Origin: Amoebophrya sp. A120
Taxonomy: Eukaryota; Protista; Dinoflagellata
DNA length: 64,000 nt
NCBI GenBank assembly: GCA_905178155.1
Contig: CAJINV010000016.1
Coordinates: 711,386 to 775,385, forward strand
Direction: 5' to 3'
The notes under the pieces are model-generated. The model worked only from the letters and a program-made list of their open reading frames with translations, did not search any database and had not been told where the DNA came from. A program made the position numbers and the translations under genes. Positions 10,028 through 23,862 of this stretch are shown here, one piece after another (within the stretch, counting starts at the first letter, position 1; the number at the start of each line of letters is the position of its first letter).

Positions 10028-11914
10028 TTAGACTATGCAAGACTTGTGAATTCTGATACTTACACTTTCACTAAGGCTGCTGCTGCTGTTGCTGTTGCAC
10101 GGTAGAAGAAGTTTTTTTTTTGCATCACCGAGAGAGGATTGGAGATTTGCGGCTCTTTATCGCACGAAAAAACTGTTTCACTGTGATGATTTTGCAAGTT
10201 CTGCATCACAAGTTTGTTTACACATGACACTGAAAATTTGTCATGCGCGCATTTCCCATGGGGAAAAGCACACTTGAAACTCCAATGCTCTATGCAGGTG
10301 TAGCAAGACAAGTAGTTCTGTATTCCATTTTCTGCATCACAAGTTCACAGAGAAACAGTTTTTTCTTACGATACTCTTGCAGTTGTGAATTTATCAACTC
10401 CATCGGGGATCATGTTGGAGGTGATCTTTTCTTCGTATGAGATTATCACAGACCGCTCCATTAATACCTTTCTTTGTAAAAGTATGAGAGGTGGAACAAG
10501 GCAAAAAGTCCCGATCACTATCGAAAGTTTTTTTGCAATTTTTCTGCATGCGAAATTTTCTAGGCAGTTCTGTGCATGAGGAATGGGATTTGTGATGCAA
10601 AAATACGCAGAAATGATGACTGTTGGTTCGGCGTCTCGAGCGCATAAGTATTGCCTTGCAAAAATCAAGCAGGACAGTTGCAGCTTGTGACGGGCTTTTT
10701 TCTGTGCATATGGACCACTGGCTGCGTTTTGTAATTCATCCAGCACTTCTGAACACGAAGATTACAATTCGCGACTCGCGGACGAACCTGTATCGAACAG
10801 AAAAACTTGGCTTGCTACACAATCACGCATGTTTCTTAGGATAATGAAATTTGTCCAGCACAATGAAATAGTAATCTTGAGCCTAGTTGATGAGAGTCCT
10901 CCTGCTCACGTCGTTGGTCCCTGTTGCAGAGTAGTCGGGTCTTGCTGTTTTCTTGCGCCTTGTCATGCGTTGTGCCGAGAACTGTGGTCATGCGGAAGGA
11001 GTGCTTATCACATCACGATAGCAAGAGCATGCTCGGAACGTAGCAATGCCAGGTTTTTTCGTTCGATAACCGTGAATTTGTACGTAACAAATCTCACAAC
11101 TTACTACCACCTCGTATGCTGGTATCAAACTGTGAAAAAGATGTTTACGTTCTCGACGTCCTTACGGGTGGTTTTTTTGTGATGCGAATTGGGGGCATGA
11201 GTATGAAAATGAAATTCAAGAAACAACTCCTGACTAGCTGGTGCATATAATCGCTTGTACTTCCGCGATTGCTAAGCTCAAACAGTAAATTTACAAATCT
11301 CTCATAAACGAGCCGCAAAGATCTGCCGAACGTAAACATTTTTTTGCCCCTGCATAATTATCTCACCAAAATAAAAGAAGCTGCACGAACAAGCGTGGCC
11401 GGCCTGGAGGAAGAAAGGATCTGTTCCATAGAATCCGGAAACTCGTAGTGCTGTTCCTGTTCACGGTGCATTTTTCGTTTTGCATGAATAACAGAGATCG
11501 ACGCCAGTAGCAGTTTTTTATGAGCGCGAAGTGAGCTTGGATTTTTTTGCATCGAGGACACTACTTAGCTACTTCACTTTGCAGTACTAGAAAGCTTTTT
11601 TAGGATGATTTAGAGCTAAAAGGCTCTGCTGTGAGGAGTAAAATTTGTACGTTTCAAGCTCGTCTTGCCTTGTAAACTTCGTTGAACAAAGCTGCATTTC
11701 GTCAGGAGACTACAGCTACACACTTTGTCACCGCTCAGAGGTGGAAGCACTACTATGTATGTATGTGCACCGTATAATTGCTTCATTCTCAGTCGTAGGA
11801 GAGAGTTTTTTTTTTCTGAACGGTCTCCGTCTACGTCGTCGAACTTCGTATTTTGATTCAGATTCGCTAATATGTCTCGCCCTTTTTTTTCCAACCGGGA
11901 TAATTATAACCATG
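10028..11914 (-). CDS. Possible multi-exon hypothetical protein gene (structure unresolved)
   Basis: Several minus-strand protein-like ORF pieces; removing 10158-10373 joins ...DKFTTAR to AANLQSSLG... in frame. Boundaries are approximate. Confidence 0.3.
10158..10373. mobile_element. TIR introner, family D
   Basis: TIRs; perfect DR CTCTT; reverse-complement homologue of 15471-15679. Confidence 0.92.
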
Positions 11915-12841
11915 TATGAAACTGAACGTCGTCGGCTCCAAGTTTGAAAGCGAAAATCAAGAAGTATGTCGCTCTGCATGTAATTTTTATCCCCCCTATG
12001 TATTCTATTTGTAGTCCCTGCAGGATGTATGCGAAAGTGATACGTTGTACTAGGGATTGAAAAGGACAACTATTGCGTAGGCAGTCAGTGCAGTAAAGGA
12101 ATTCAGTGTCTATTTCGTAATACCACCGCGACTTCTGACCCTCTATTTCGTCTTTTCCCTTCCCCGCGCAGTTAATTTTGGAATCACAGGGATTTTCTGT
12201 ATGAAATTTATCGTGTGCACTGATCGAGGCAAGGACTATCAGACAACACCGTACATCAGCACTTGTTCGACATCATCCCACGCAGTTTTGTTTTCGAACG
12301 GAATACGAGCAAAAACTTCACCCAAACCACTCCTTTCATCAACACCTGACAGTCTGTTTTTTTTCGCTCCGGGGAATACGTATCTTGTTTACGGGGAAAA
12401 AAAAGTCAAGTATTTCTTTACGTAGTCGAAGAATCTTTCGTAGTATCCGAGAGAAGAAGTCTGCAGCCGTTCTTAGAAGAACTACGGGTATGAAATGGAA
12501 AAAAGAAACGTCTTGTGTCATGCATTTGCAGTTTGCTTGAACATAGTGCGGAATCTTGCATGTTTGTGTCTGCTACCTTGATTCGTACGTCAAGTCACGT
12601 GATGTCAAGCAGCTTTGTATCCGTGCATGACCAGTTCTAGGACCAGCACCATCTTGAAAACTTGAATCAGCATGAAGCTGGGTATAGTGAGTGTAGTAAA
12701 GTTCGTCTTCCATTTCTCTTTGCATAAAGCTACTGGAAAACAGACAACAAGAAGCGCCACTTGTGGTCGGAGTCTTCCAGTAAGAAAACCGGGGAACGGA
12801 GAACACTTTCTTCCTTCTGCCGAAAAAACACCGCTACGAAA

Positions 12842-15800
12842 ATGTCATCTCGGTATCACGGAGTCTCGCGAAGCGGCAAGACCGCAGGGCACGTCCTGCG
12901 TTCACAGAAGCTGCGATCGCAACTGCACCTCGGCGGGCCGAACAACCTGCTGAATACGTCCGGGGAGAACTTTGCGCTGGTGGGCAGTCCAAAATCTCCA
13001 GCGAGTCACAAGTCGAGTTTGCTCAGCGGCCCGTTTAGCGATCCTTCGGACCACCAGAACTTTTCCAACCTGAACGTCCGCGTGCAGACGGCGGTGGCCT
13101 ATCCGAAGCAGTTTGGACACAACGACTTGAAGCAGATCTTCGGCGTCCGCTACAATCCGAACTTCCACCGCGGCGAAAACTACGTCGCCGTCGGGTATGC
13201 GGACGGCGCTCTCCGCGTGTTCGAGACGGATTCCTGGTCCAAGGTCGCGTGCTCCCCCGTCGACTTCGACACTCCAGATCCGGAGGAGATATGAAAGTGT
13301 AGAACTTCAACCCCTCCTTATTCCCCCTCAACATTTGATGTCATGCAAGAAAATGAAAATAAAGCATCAGATCCACTTCCACCATGATGTTGTTTGCCTC
13401 TTGGCACTTCTTGCCTAACAGGGTCATCTTCTGGAAGCCGAAATATTGCAGTAGAATCGGGCATCTTGAACTCGTCATGCAAAAGCAGCACTTTTTTTGC
13501 CGGAGCTACTTGTGCTGTTAGTGTTCATGCTCATAAGTATCCAAGAAATTATTATGCGGGGGAGGAGGGGGAGTTGTGCACCCTGATAGGAGAGCAAGCT
13601 TCTCGCGAAGGGCATCCAGATTCCACCGAGCCAGATCCATGGAGCGTTTGACGCCTTCGAGCCGATCACCAGTCTCAAGTGGATGGACAGCCGGCGGGTG
13701 CTTTTCTTGCAGGGAAACCAGATCAACATTCTCAACGGCGTGGGAAACAACGGTGCAAACGAGGACCAGAGTAACCAGCCCAAGGTAGAGCGCGTGGACC
13801 ACAAGCACGGGGCGATGTACGTGTGCGATGTGGCCGGCAATCCAAACGATCTCGGAGGTATCACTATACCAAATGCTGATACTTCAAACACCAGCGCACT
13901 TTATTCTGAATTAGTACTAAGTAACTGTAACTTCATCTACCCCCACGATGATCCGGAAAATGCGACGTAAGAAAAAGGTGCATGAAAGAAAACGATCGGA
14001 ATTTCTGGTTTGCATGATAAAGCCGCGTATCGTATAGTAGTATCTATACCGGTCAGTACTATGCTTTTGCTCTTCTCCTGCTTCAAAGCAATCTGTACGA
14101 CGAGCGGTGACCGTGACACATCGTTTCGTAGTATCTTTTACAACTACACTGCAATATGATATTAATTCACGTTGATCTTCATCTACACTGCAGCATGCAA
14201 GCGACCCCAGCGGTTCCTAGTGGGGGGAACGGAGCGAAAAGTGGTCATTTACGACGCCAAGACGCTGCAAGAGACGTGCTGCCTCCGAAAATCGTTGTAC
14301 CGAGCGGATTCGTTTGCGCACTCGAATCGGTATGGAACGCAAATATGTCTGGGTAGTTCTCCCATGGAAGATTGCAAGATTTGTCATGCAATTTTTCTAA
14401 GCTTCGCAAAGTCTGCAAGGCAGGGCTTAGCATCACAAGCTCTGGAGCTCCTTGGTAATAAATGCGTATTCCGCGGCATGAGAAATCCGCTCTGCTCTGA
14501 GCATGGGCAGAAGTAGGCATTTTTTGCAAGGAGCCAGGCAAGACAGATTTTTGTTTTGTGTGACCCGCAACTCGTATGAATTCAACTTCGCCCTCTACTT
14601 GCTTCTCTTCCAGACATGCAGGGATATTTGCAGTGCATAACCAGATCAGCTCAGCAAAATTTTTTCCCGACTGCGACGGTCAGATCTACGTAACGGGCTC
14701 CTGGGACAATTCCGTTGCCGTATGTATCCTGTGTAAAAACGTCCCCACCGCCAAATTGTCATGTAAATCTGCATGCCTTAAATGTTCCTCATGCGGAGCC
14801 CTATGAGAAGCATTTTTTTGTGTAATAAATGCGTCACGATCTGGGAGCTAAGAAAAAGATTGAATGCCGATGATCAGTGATGCAGCAGCCCTACCTACAT
14901 GACAGCATTGCACTGCGAGCCCGAAGTTGTCATGCGCAATAGCAAAGTCTCTATCTTGTTGCTTGACCCTGGGGGGGGGGACATTTTTGCACAGGATAGT
15001 ATGGGACTGCCGTTCCGGGAAGCGGGAAAGGTACTTTTTCTCGCAGAAGCAATAAATAAAAATTACAAGTTGGCTTAACTTGTGGTCATTTTCATTCCGA
15101 GTGGCATAGAATTTTTGTCTGCAAAAGCATATCCGCGTGAAGAGAAAACAAGATCTCGAGCGTAGACTGAATCTGCCATAATTGTTCGGCGTTTTTGCTG
15201 CAACAAGACAAGAGTCCTGTAAGAAAGTATCACCGAGACCTCCGTGCAGCCGTGCCTAGCTGCTAGTGTATAATAATTTCTGGAGGTTGTCGATATTTGT
15301 CTGTCTCTGTGTCTACCACCATGCGAAAGAATGATCATGTTAATTTTTACTGACGTGCTCCCATCCCTCCGAATTCTATCCGCCGAACAAAATTTTGTTC
15401 CCAAGGTTTTTGGACGAGCAGCTAGTCCTCGTAGGTTCCGGGCCGGAGGCGCTAGATGTGGACCGCAATTTATCGCAAGAAAATACTGTTTCACTGTGAA
15501 CTTGTGACGCAGAGAACGAAGCACCAAAGTGTTTGTCTTGCTACACCTGCAAGACATTGGATTTTCAAGCGTGTTTTCCCTTGGAAAGCGCGCAGGGCAA
15601 ATTTTCCGTGTCATGTGTAACAAACTTGTAATGCAGATCTTGCAAAATCACCACAGTGAGACAGTTTTTTCGTGGGATACAACTCGATTCTGACGGGGAT
15701 ATCACACAAAAAAAAGCTAGCACAGAATCGTATTTGTCAACATGTAAAAAGTAAAACTTAAACTACCCATCACATCACAGTACAGAGAATAAAAACCAGG

Positions 15801-16894
15801 CATGTAGTTCGGGGGCATGCCGGCTAGAATGCTTATGCCAGAAAGTATGTTTTCGTTTTGTGTGCTGTGCGTAGGTCTTCTACTTGTAGTACTTTTTCGT
15901 AAGGGATGAAGATGATGAAACAAGTGGAGTACCTAGTGCTAGCGTTTTTCTTCCTATCCAGGAAAAAAACTGTGTAAGTGTAACTTTGTAGGAAGAGCAG
16001 CATCACAAATTCGCTTTGCATTACAGGGAAAACCTGTCATGCGTAGCTAGTACGTGGAAACACGTATGATAGTAGCCGATGACGCAATTCCAGCATGACA
16101 AGTGTAATTGTTTTGCATTTTCTGCATCACAGATTTACACTTACACAGTTTTTTTCTTGCATTCTCCCTTTCGATGTCGCAGTTACCGCACCAAGGATCC
16201 CTATGGAACTGTCAGGATTGGAATTGACAAAGTTGAAAATTTTGTGATGCATAAAACCGATACCAGTTGGAAGCCCAATTTGTAAGCGGCGCATGACAAT
16301 AAATTTCGACGTCATCGAAGTCCACTTTGTCATGCTGTTTAGCGAAAGAAGGCATCCTTTGTCATTCTACTTTAGCAGCTCTATCCCAAACCCGAAACAG
16401 GCTCACAGTCGGCCTCTCTGGCAATCCCTGCAAGACAGTCACTTCGTGTCTTGCATTTCATGCATCACAGATTATTTCAACTTTGTCGATTTCAATCCTG
16501 ACACACCCATAATCCCGTGCAGCTGTTCGACTTTGGCACGTGTAAACTGCTCGAAACCTGCCCTACATCAAGCTCGGCGCCGTCACTCCTCGGTGCGGGG
16601 GGCCCGGCAGCTGGACCGGCGACCAGCAATCAGCTGCTGCCGTACTCGTGCCAATTTTCTCGGGACAGCAAGAAAATCCTGATCGGGGGGAAGCACGTCA
16701 ACGCGGAAAAGCAGGGCTCCTTTGTCGTTCTGCGACGGGTCGGTGGCGGCCGGTCGATGGTGCAGTATGAAGATCACAGCCGGCAAGCCGCGGTTTGGTC
16801 CGTAGACGCGGTCACGCAAAACAGCCACGGGGTACTGTCCACGGAGTACGCTCTGGGTCACGCCGATGGGGTGCTGCAGGTGCTCCAGAGTTGA
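12842..16894 (+). CDS. WD40-repeat protein (exons approx. 12842-13288, 13593-13857, 14194-14329, 14644-14723, 15003-15030, 15435-15469, 15684-15698, unresolved piece, 16183-16200, 16516-16894)
   Basis: WD40-type segments VAVGYADGALRVFE, AHSNRISSAKF...VTGSWDNSVAVWDCR, YRTKDPVQLFDFG and ALGHADGVLQVL; several form only after TIR element removal. The join across 15700-16182 is not resolved. Confidence 0.82.
13290..13588. mobile_element. TIR introner, family B
   Basis: TIRs; perfect DR GGAGA; frame restored. Confidence 0.9.
14331..14639. mobile_element. TIR introner, family A
   Basis: TIRs; DR ATCGG/ACCAG; restores HSNRISSAKF. Confidence 0.85.
14725..14998. mobile_element. TIR introner, family E
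   Basis: TIRs; perfect DR GTATG; splits the W codon of VAVWD. Confidence 0.93.
15471..15679. mobile_element. TIR introner, family D
   Basis: TIRs; DR CAATT/CAACT. Confidence 0.88.
15955..16163. mobile_element. TIR element, family D, probably nested in a larger intron
   Basis: TIR GAAAAAAACTGTGTAAGTGTAA; DR CTTCC/CTCCC; homologous to 55503-55716. Confidence 0.82.
16202..16511. mobile_element. TIR introner, family G (TATGG..TGTCAGGATTG..TTGACAAAGTTGAAA)
   Basis: TIRs; perfect DR ATCCC; restores KDPVQLFDF. Confidence 0.93.
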
Positions 16895-17520
16895 GCGAAC
16901 AATAAACTCTCCGACGAGATAAGAAGTAACTCTAGAATCCGTCTGATATTCAGATCTTTCGCTTATATTTCTTCTCGACGCACCGTTTGTAGTAAGTTCC
17001 TCTATTTGAATTTTCACCAACGCAAGGAGCAAAACTAGTCTCTCCAAGCATGATTTTTCCGATGACAACTTTAAAGCACTATCGAAAGAAGAAAGCCCGC
17101 TCTGTTCTTTCTGGGTGCAGGACTGTCGGTAGCAAACTTGCATTTTCTACTGCCGACGGAAAGGTTTTCTTGCTTCTGTCAGTTGTGATAAGTAGCTGGA
17201 AGTACCATTTCATCTCGACTGGTGCTTCATGTCTTGACCCTGACTTTCGCTTTCTTGTTTTGCACGACGAGTTTTGCATTTTGCGGGAGAAAAGAAACTT
17301 CCTTGCCCGGTTACGTCATGGCCGCAATCAACATCAAGCGACACAAATACTGTCACCGTCATTCCGATGCTGGACTTTTTTCTTTCGATAGCGCAGAAGA
17401 CAGAAGCGGAAATATCCGACTAAAATCAATATAACCGTAGTTTCCGAGATCATTCTAATCACAACAACCTAGGCGTACTATCCAAACGGCAGGTAGATTT
17501 CTTCTCTTTATGATCACAAG

Positions 17521-17811
17521 TATGCATGGCAAATGTGTCTGGGTCCTCTGGAGGGATATTACAGCTCGTCATGCGAAGATGATGAAGCCTAATCCTAAAA
17601 AATCTGTGCTGCATGATGATGAAGCCTAATCCCAAAAGTTGCCCCCTTCGTGCTCGGTTGGAGAAGGCGGATTTCTTCTGCGGGATAGGTATGTCGCAAG
17701 ATTTAAATTTGTGATGCTTTCTTGCATTCCAGACCATGTGGGTGGTCCGCGAAATGCATGACCGATCTTGCATTTAATCTTCCAGGTCCAGACGCATTTG
17801 CGCCTTGGATA
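17521..17811. mobile_element. TIR element, family A (no clear host ORF)
   Basis: Diverged family A TIRs; DR ACAAG/AGAAC. Confidence 0.75.
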
Positions 17812-17976
17812 AGAACACGTTGCGAGTCACCATTTTGTTTCTAATGCGAGATCAAGTAGATTTTAATGTACTAATTTGACACAAAGTAGTTCAGCATGAT
17901 TTATGATTACAAAGCATAGTTTCAACCTTCAACCTTCTACACGGGAATCATGTATACTTCGGCAATTTTTTTATCC

Positions 17977-18255
17977 TATCCTGAGTAAAAACATCCCCAC
18001 ACCAGAGTCAAGATGGGGATTTTGCAACACAAACCTAGAACTTTTGGGGGTCACGCATCACAAGTTGCAGTCCGTAGTGTAGTGCAGGTTCGCAAGGCCA
18101 GCTGCATCATAAATCCATCTGCTCATCCTGTTTACAGCATTAGAAATTCCAAAACACGACTAAAAATGCCTCTCCTGGCGCTACGCATTACAAATGTTCC
18201 TGTCATTGCAAATCTGCATGACAACTCTGGTGTGGGGACGTTTTTACTTAGGATA
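17977..18255. mobile_element. TIR element, family E (no clear host ORF)
   Basis: ~30-bp TIR; perfect DR TATCC; close copy of 6519-6795. Confidence 0.93.
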
Positions 18256-21200
18256 TATCCTATTTCAAACTTAACGCACCACTGTACAATGTTTTTTGGT
18301 AAAAGATTTTCTAAAGCTCGTCGCCTTCTTCTATGAAAAAGGGCAAAAAGCACGCTGCAGGTTTACTGGGAAGTCGCCAACGTGCATACAGTAGCAGTCT
18401 CGTGCCAACAAGGTGGGTGCAGAAGCAAGTACCATAATCAAAGCATACACGCGGCGGGTGCTGTCATTGATATGCGTGAGTGTAGGATCAGATCGTGAAG
18501 CACTACCAGCACAGCAGATCATGCACCTATACGCGATGAGGATGATGAAGTAGAAGTCTGTCATGTGGTGCTCAAGGATAGCTCGTTGTAAGTATTGTTG
18601 CTGCTGGTCAGCTTAAAAACATCATGGTCGCGAAAATTGCTATTGAGATGAAGATGAATGCACGTTGGCGAAATTTCCCACGACCTCCCACGGCCGCTCC
18701 ATACGACGACTATTCCGATTTCAATTCTACGAACGTAATTTATCCAGAGGAAAATAGGTATTCGGCCCACCACAGCTGTTTTAACAAACTGCAAACTTCG
18801 CGACGAGTCCGCACGGCTTGCTATGAACTTGCAGGAGATCATATTTCGTGTTTGTTCTATTGTATGAGGTTCTTTTTGTCGAAGGGGTATAGTTTTGTGT
18901 TTCATGCATAATGTCAGCTGCGCCCCCATGTCAGACGGGGCTAGGAGGCATTACAAAGCTCGCGCGCGCGACCATCTTGTCGCAGCCCTTCCGCGATGGG
19001 CGACCGGCGCCTGCTTTTGCAGATCCGGGCGCCAGCAAGCGAGGTTCTGGCGCGGTTTTGGGAAGCCGGCGCTGATGCCCCCCTGGTAGCGGGGAATTTT
19101 CATACTCGCCCGGGTGAGTATGAAATTTCCCGCGGCCACTTTTGATGCCTTGATTCCTGCGGCCGTGCGCCGAAGCGGCGCCACCGTCCGCAGTGGCCCG
19201 GGTGCCGCGGTGTTGCTTCATCCGGCCCCCAGGGGCCTTTCCCAGCGAATTTGTTGTGAAATCTGCGGGGAGCCGGCTTCACTGTTGCGAACGACCGTAG
19301 GCTCCACGCTTTCTAGTTAAGAGGAGGGGAAAAAGTCGCCGTGGCGGCGTTGCTCTGGGGCACAGAAAAGCGAAGCTCTCTCAACAAAAGACGGGGAAAC
19401 GTCTCCGCACCCCAAAAAGAAAGTATAATACGACCGCGCGTTTTATTGTCGCCACAGGTCTGCGAAATGAAAAGGAAAAGCGATACCGCCCTTGCTAGAA
19501 AGTAATGCGCTGACAATAAAGGCTGGAAATTTGTAACAGCCTGCGTCGGCTACGGCTCTTCACGACCAGTCGTACGGGTTCAGAGGGTCACAAAAAACGG
19601 CAAAAAATGCTCCCGATCAATTCGTACTGGCATGCTATGCATGACAAATAAGTTGAGCTGTGGTCGTGGGGGTGCTTTTCCTCATGTGCATAAAAAACAC
19701 ACCTGTACAAGAATATTTTGTTTCTGGGGCTTACTTTATTTTATCCACTCAGAAAAAAACCGCATCCCTGCCGATGTGAAGAGAAAACAGCTTCTTGCAG
19801 CAAGAAAGCTGCTCTCGTTGAGCACTGGTGTTCAACGGATAGGGCTTGTTGAACACTGATCAACGAATGTTTTTATTCTGGCCGGGCAGGAAATAGAAAT
19901 TCAAATTGGAATTGCATGAAGAAACATCGTCAGCGAGGGGTTTTTTTCTTCCGCATACTGCTCTGTATGATTATAGTTCTTCATTTCCGCGCAAGAACAG
20001 GAACTTCGCTCTCGTCTAGCACGTCCGGTACTTACCTTCTTCTTTTATGACAGTCCCAGGTGGGAAATTTTCAAAAGGGAAATAATTTGCCATGCAGATT
20101 GAAAATTATCGTTCGACACAAGCTGAGCTCGCCACTTCTGGGCAACCTAAGACAACTTTTTGTGACACTGCAGGGGCTTTTATTCTGTTTCTGTCAGTTA
20201 GTTTGCTGCGACCACTGCTACTGTCATGCTCGTCAGTGTTGACCCAGAGGATAGCCCCACCCAGACTTCTTACCATTTGCCTGAGTTGATACCTCCTATG
20301 CATTTCTTCAGCTGTTTTGTGTTTACGTAGCATTTTATCCTTCATTATTTTCATTTTGACAATTTCCCACCTGGCACATCCATATCTTGTTCTCCTCTAC
20401 AACGACGAACACGAATCAGAATCCTGACGTCGACCCTATTTCAACATGCTACAAACAAGAACCACGGGGTATGACTATTCGTCGGGCATATTTTTACGGT
20501 ATAATTTCTATCCACGAAAAAGGAACATGAATCCCACCCCAGGGCGGCGGGTAAGTAAGCAAAAACTTATCACAGGAAGACATAGTTGTGCAGGTGTCAC
20601 AGGAAAAATTCGTAACAGGGAACATCAAAGTAAGTTGTTGTACCAGCTACGGACCACTTGTAGACGATAAAGATGCATGATTTATTGCGGGAGACGAAAT
20701 TCTTGCTTCTAATGTCGCGATATCTACTACTTCGTAGTGGAAGTCTGTTGTACTACAGCATCATGTATCTTCTTCACCGCTTTCACAGCTTTGATTTTTC
20801 AGAATATTCAGCCTTCTTTGTTCTGTCTCACCACGTCGGAGGTTCTTGTAGTTATTGTGCTTCGTTCAGGTCTCAGATCTTCGTTGACTATCGGCAACAT
20901 CTGCTTTTTTTCGGTGCCTCATCTTCGTACGGTCGGAGAAGAAGTTGTGAGTGTCAGACTGACATCATGATTCAAATCGGTTTATTCACGAGAAAAAGGT
21001 CGGTGTCAGAATTTTTGCTATCTCCTCGGTAAATAAACGGATCGCGTCTACTACCAAACGAGGACTGAATCATCGTACGAAACAAGTCTACAACTTCTTA
21101 CTGCCTGTTGCTCGTCTGGTGCTTTCTTCGTGCCGCCGATGACAATTTCATTCTCGGTGTTATTTCACTCCAAATACTGATTTCCTCGGTTGCGTAAGTA

Positions 21201-21799
21201 CTACATTTCGTCGTAAGTTGTAGAGTTATTTTCAAGGTAATATGAAAGCAAGAACTGAGCTTGCTTTTCGTTTCGTGCATTCGTGCAATACGAAGTCGAG
21301 CAGGTATTTTTTCGGTTATCGTGTCGTCCATTTTATTTCTCGTGCAGTTCTCTCAATCGGTCTCGTCCTGCTACTTCGTAAGTCGTCCAGAAAAACTTCA
21401 GTCACGTGCAAAAACTCGTATCCACTGCTGCATACCACGAAAACGAATCACGGCTGTGACTATCATGGGCATGATTTTGCAGTGGCAAAAATCGAGTCTG
21501 CACTAGACTCCTTTCAACGTGTCCACTTCACCTATCCCCACTCCACAGTGCTTTCCGCCCTGAAGGTACTTGATTCAAATCGCGCCCACGAGTTTGAAAA
21601 AAAATTTTGCAACGACCCCACTTTTATTTGCATCAAACACGACTCTCAAAAATCTCCGAAGAACCATTTATTTTTATCCGAGTATCTAGTATTATTTACA
21701 ACGACTACGAAGTTATTAAGTAAGGCGTGCTTGATAGTTTCTGTTTCGACACTTTTCTTTTCCCTACAAGAGATCACTTGTTACAGTTTGCAGCATCTG

Positions 21800-22107
21800 T
21801 ATGGATGTGTCAGAGTTGAAATCGACAGAGTTGAAATGATTTGTCATGCATAAAATGGATACCAGTTGGAAGCCCAATTTTCAAGCAGCGCGTGACAAAT
21901 TTTTGGAGCACCGGAATCCAATTTGTCATGCTGTTTGGGCACAGAAGACTGCTTTTGACATGCTCTTTTAGCAGCTCTATCCCAAACCCTAAATAGGCTC
22001 ACAATCTGCCTCACTTGCCATCCCGGCAAGACAGGCACTCCATCTCTTGCATTCTATGCATGACAAATCATTTCAACTTTGACGATTTCAATCCTGACAG
22101 TTCCATA
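21800..22107. mobile_element. TIR element, family G
   Basis: TIRs; perfect DR ATCTG; homologous to 16202-16511. Confidence 0.92.
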
Positions 22108-22198
22108 ATCTGTTCTACAAATAAAAGCGACGACGCGGCTGCAACTACTGTTCATCGTTTTCATTATTCTCCTGGGAAGAAAAATATTACACGACTTG

Positions 22199-22486
22199 TA
22201 TCCGGGGTCAAAAACGTCCCCATCTACCCACACTTCTCAAGGAGGTTTGCATGCCCGGTACAATGTTGTCTGGTTCTAGTGCGCACAGACCTGCAGGAGG
22301 CATTGCTCTGGCGCAGCGTCTCAGACTCAGTATATGTCTCAGCCGTGCCAGGTATGATCGACCGCACGGGAACGCCGGACCTGAGTTTGTCACGTGTAGA
22401 GATGATTCTGAGAACGTCAACCTCTATATGTACCTGTTCAGCAGAAATCATGTAAATCTGGGATTGGGGCGTTTTGACTCATGATA
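22199..22486. mobile_element. Degenerate TIR element, family E-like
   Basis: GTCAAAAACGTCCCCA / TGGGGCGTTTTGAC inverted ends; DR not retained. Confidence 0.65.
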
Positions 22487-22833
22487 TAAAGCCAGGAGTT
22501 CGCTGTTGTAGAAGAAGGGCGAAGTTTGTTCTAGATAGCGTTTTCAGTACTATCCAAGGAACGGCATCAACAGCTGGAGGCAGAAGAAGAACAAGAGCTG
22601 AAGAAGCCTCCATCTGGTGCTCGAAGAAGAGTATTTGCGCAACTGAAACCAGCACCCGCAGTTCGCGTTTTGCGTTCGAACTTTTTCTTCTTTCGGAAAG
22701 AGGACAACATCGAGGTGAACTGACTGAAACGGAAACAGTACATTCTTCAGCGGCGCGGCGATTTTCGTTTCTTCCAGCAGCTGCACTTCTAAGACGCTCA
22801 CGCAAGAACTTGTAGCTGTGACCAAGTGGTGGA

Positions 22834-23124
22834 TATGCGTTGCAAAGATAGCTGGGTCTGGAAGGGTGCAACTTGTGACGGCGCAAATTTCAGACAACAT
22901 CACAAAGATCTGTCATGCATGAACAGCAAATCCGTATCCGGCCGAAGAGTTGGCACCAAAGGAGGGGATTTGTCATGCGGATTGGCCATCGATAGACACC
23001 TTCGTTCTCAAGACGTGTCATGCTACTTAGGGCTTGCATGCCAGAGCCAGACCTCCTGGTTCAGGCAAAACCTGCATGACAAAGTTCTGCAATCTTCCAG
23101 ACCCGGACACATTTGCAGTTGAAA
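22834..23124. mobile_element. TIR element, family A
   Basis: TIRs; DR GTGGA/TTGGA. Confidence 0.88.
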
Positions 23125-23634
23125 TTGGAGTACCCCTCTGCTCCTTCTTTGCTCAGGCAGACCAGCTACAAAATCGATCATCACCAGCAGCTAGAGCGGT
23201 TCGAGAGCTTCCTTGCCTTCTCATCCAACTCAGTCGCGTCTACTACTTTTTACTCTGGATAAAAGAAGTTCCCATCGTGGGAGTTTTTTTTGCTTCCACT
23301 ACTGTTGTGATACTGCGAGTACCAGCACCGAGCACAAGGGCCGAAAAGTCTAAGTCTCCACTGGGAAAGTAGATTCATTATCGTTTCCTCCCAAGTTTTT
23401 TAAAAATCATCATACATCATCGGCCGAAAGCAGGACGGAGGCCACGAATTTGACTCTTTTTTATTGTTTACACATTACATCAAAGCTAACAGCTGTTGTT
23501 CTCCCTTGTTTTATTATAATTTCATAACTTCCAGCACTTGTTCATAATTATCCTTGTTGAAAAGGCACTCCCTGTCTTATTTTTTTTCAAATTTCAAACT
23601 ATCATTATCAACTCGTTCTCATCGTTCGACCATC

Positions 23635-23862
23635 TATGAGAGTGCACATCTCCTCTTCCGCGTCATTTGTATGGCGCAGCCAGCAATACAAGCGTCGGCA
23701 AGAATGCAGGTTTTGCATGGCAATAAATTCTGCTCCCAAGATTGTGGTATTGTTTGGGCTTGTTCCCGAATCTGTGATGCAAACAGTGGTATGAGGGAGC
23801 GCTTGGAGTTGGGATTTTGCATGGCGTCACATGAGTTGGAGGGGGAGTGGTGCATTTTCATA
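23635..23862. mobile_element. TIR element, family B
   Basis: TIRs; perfect DR CCATC. Confidence 0.9.
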
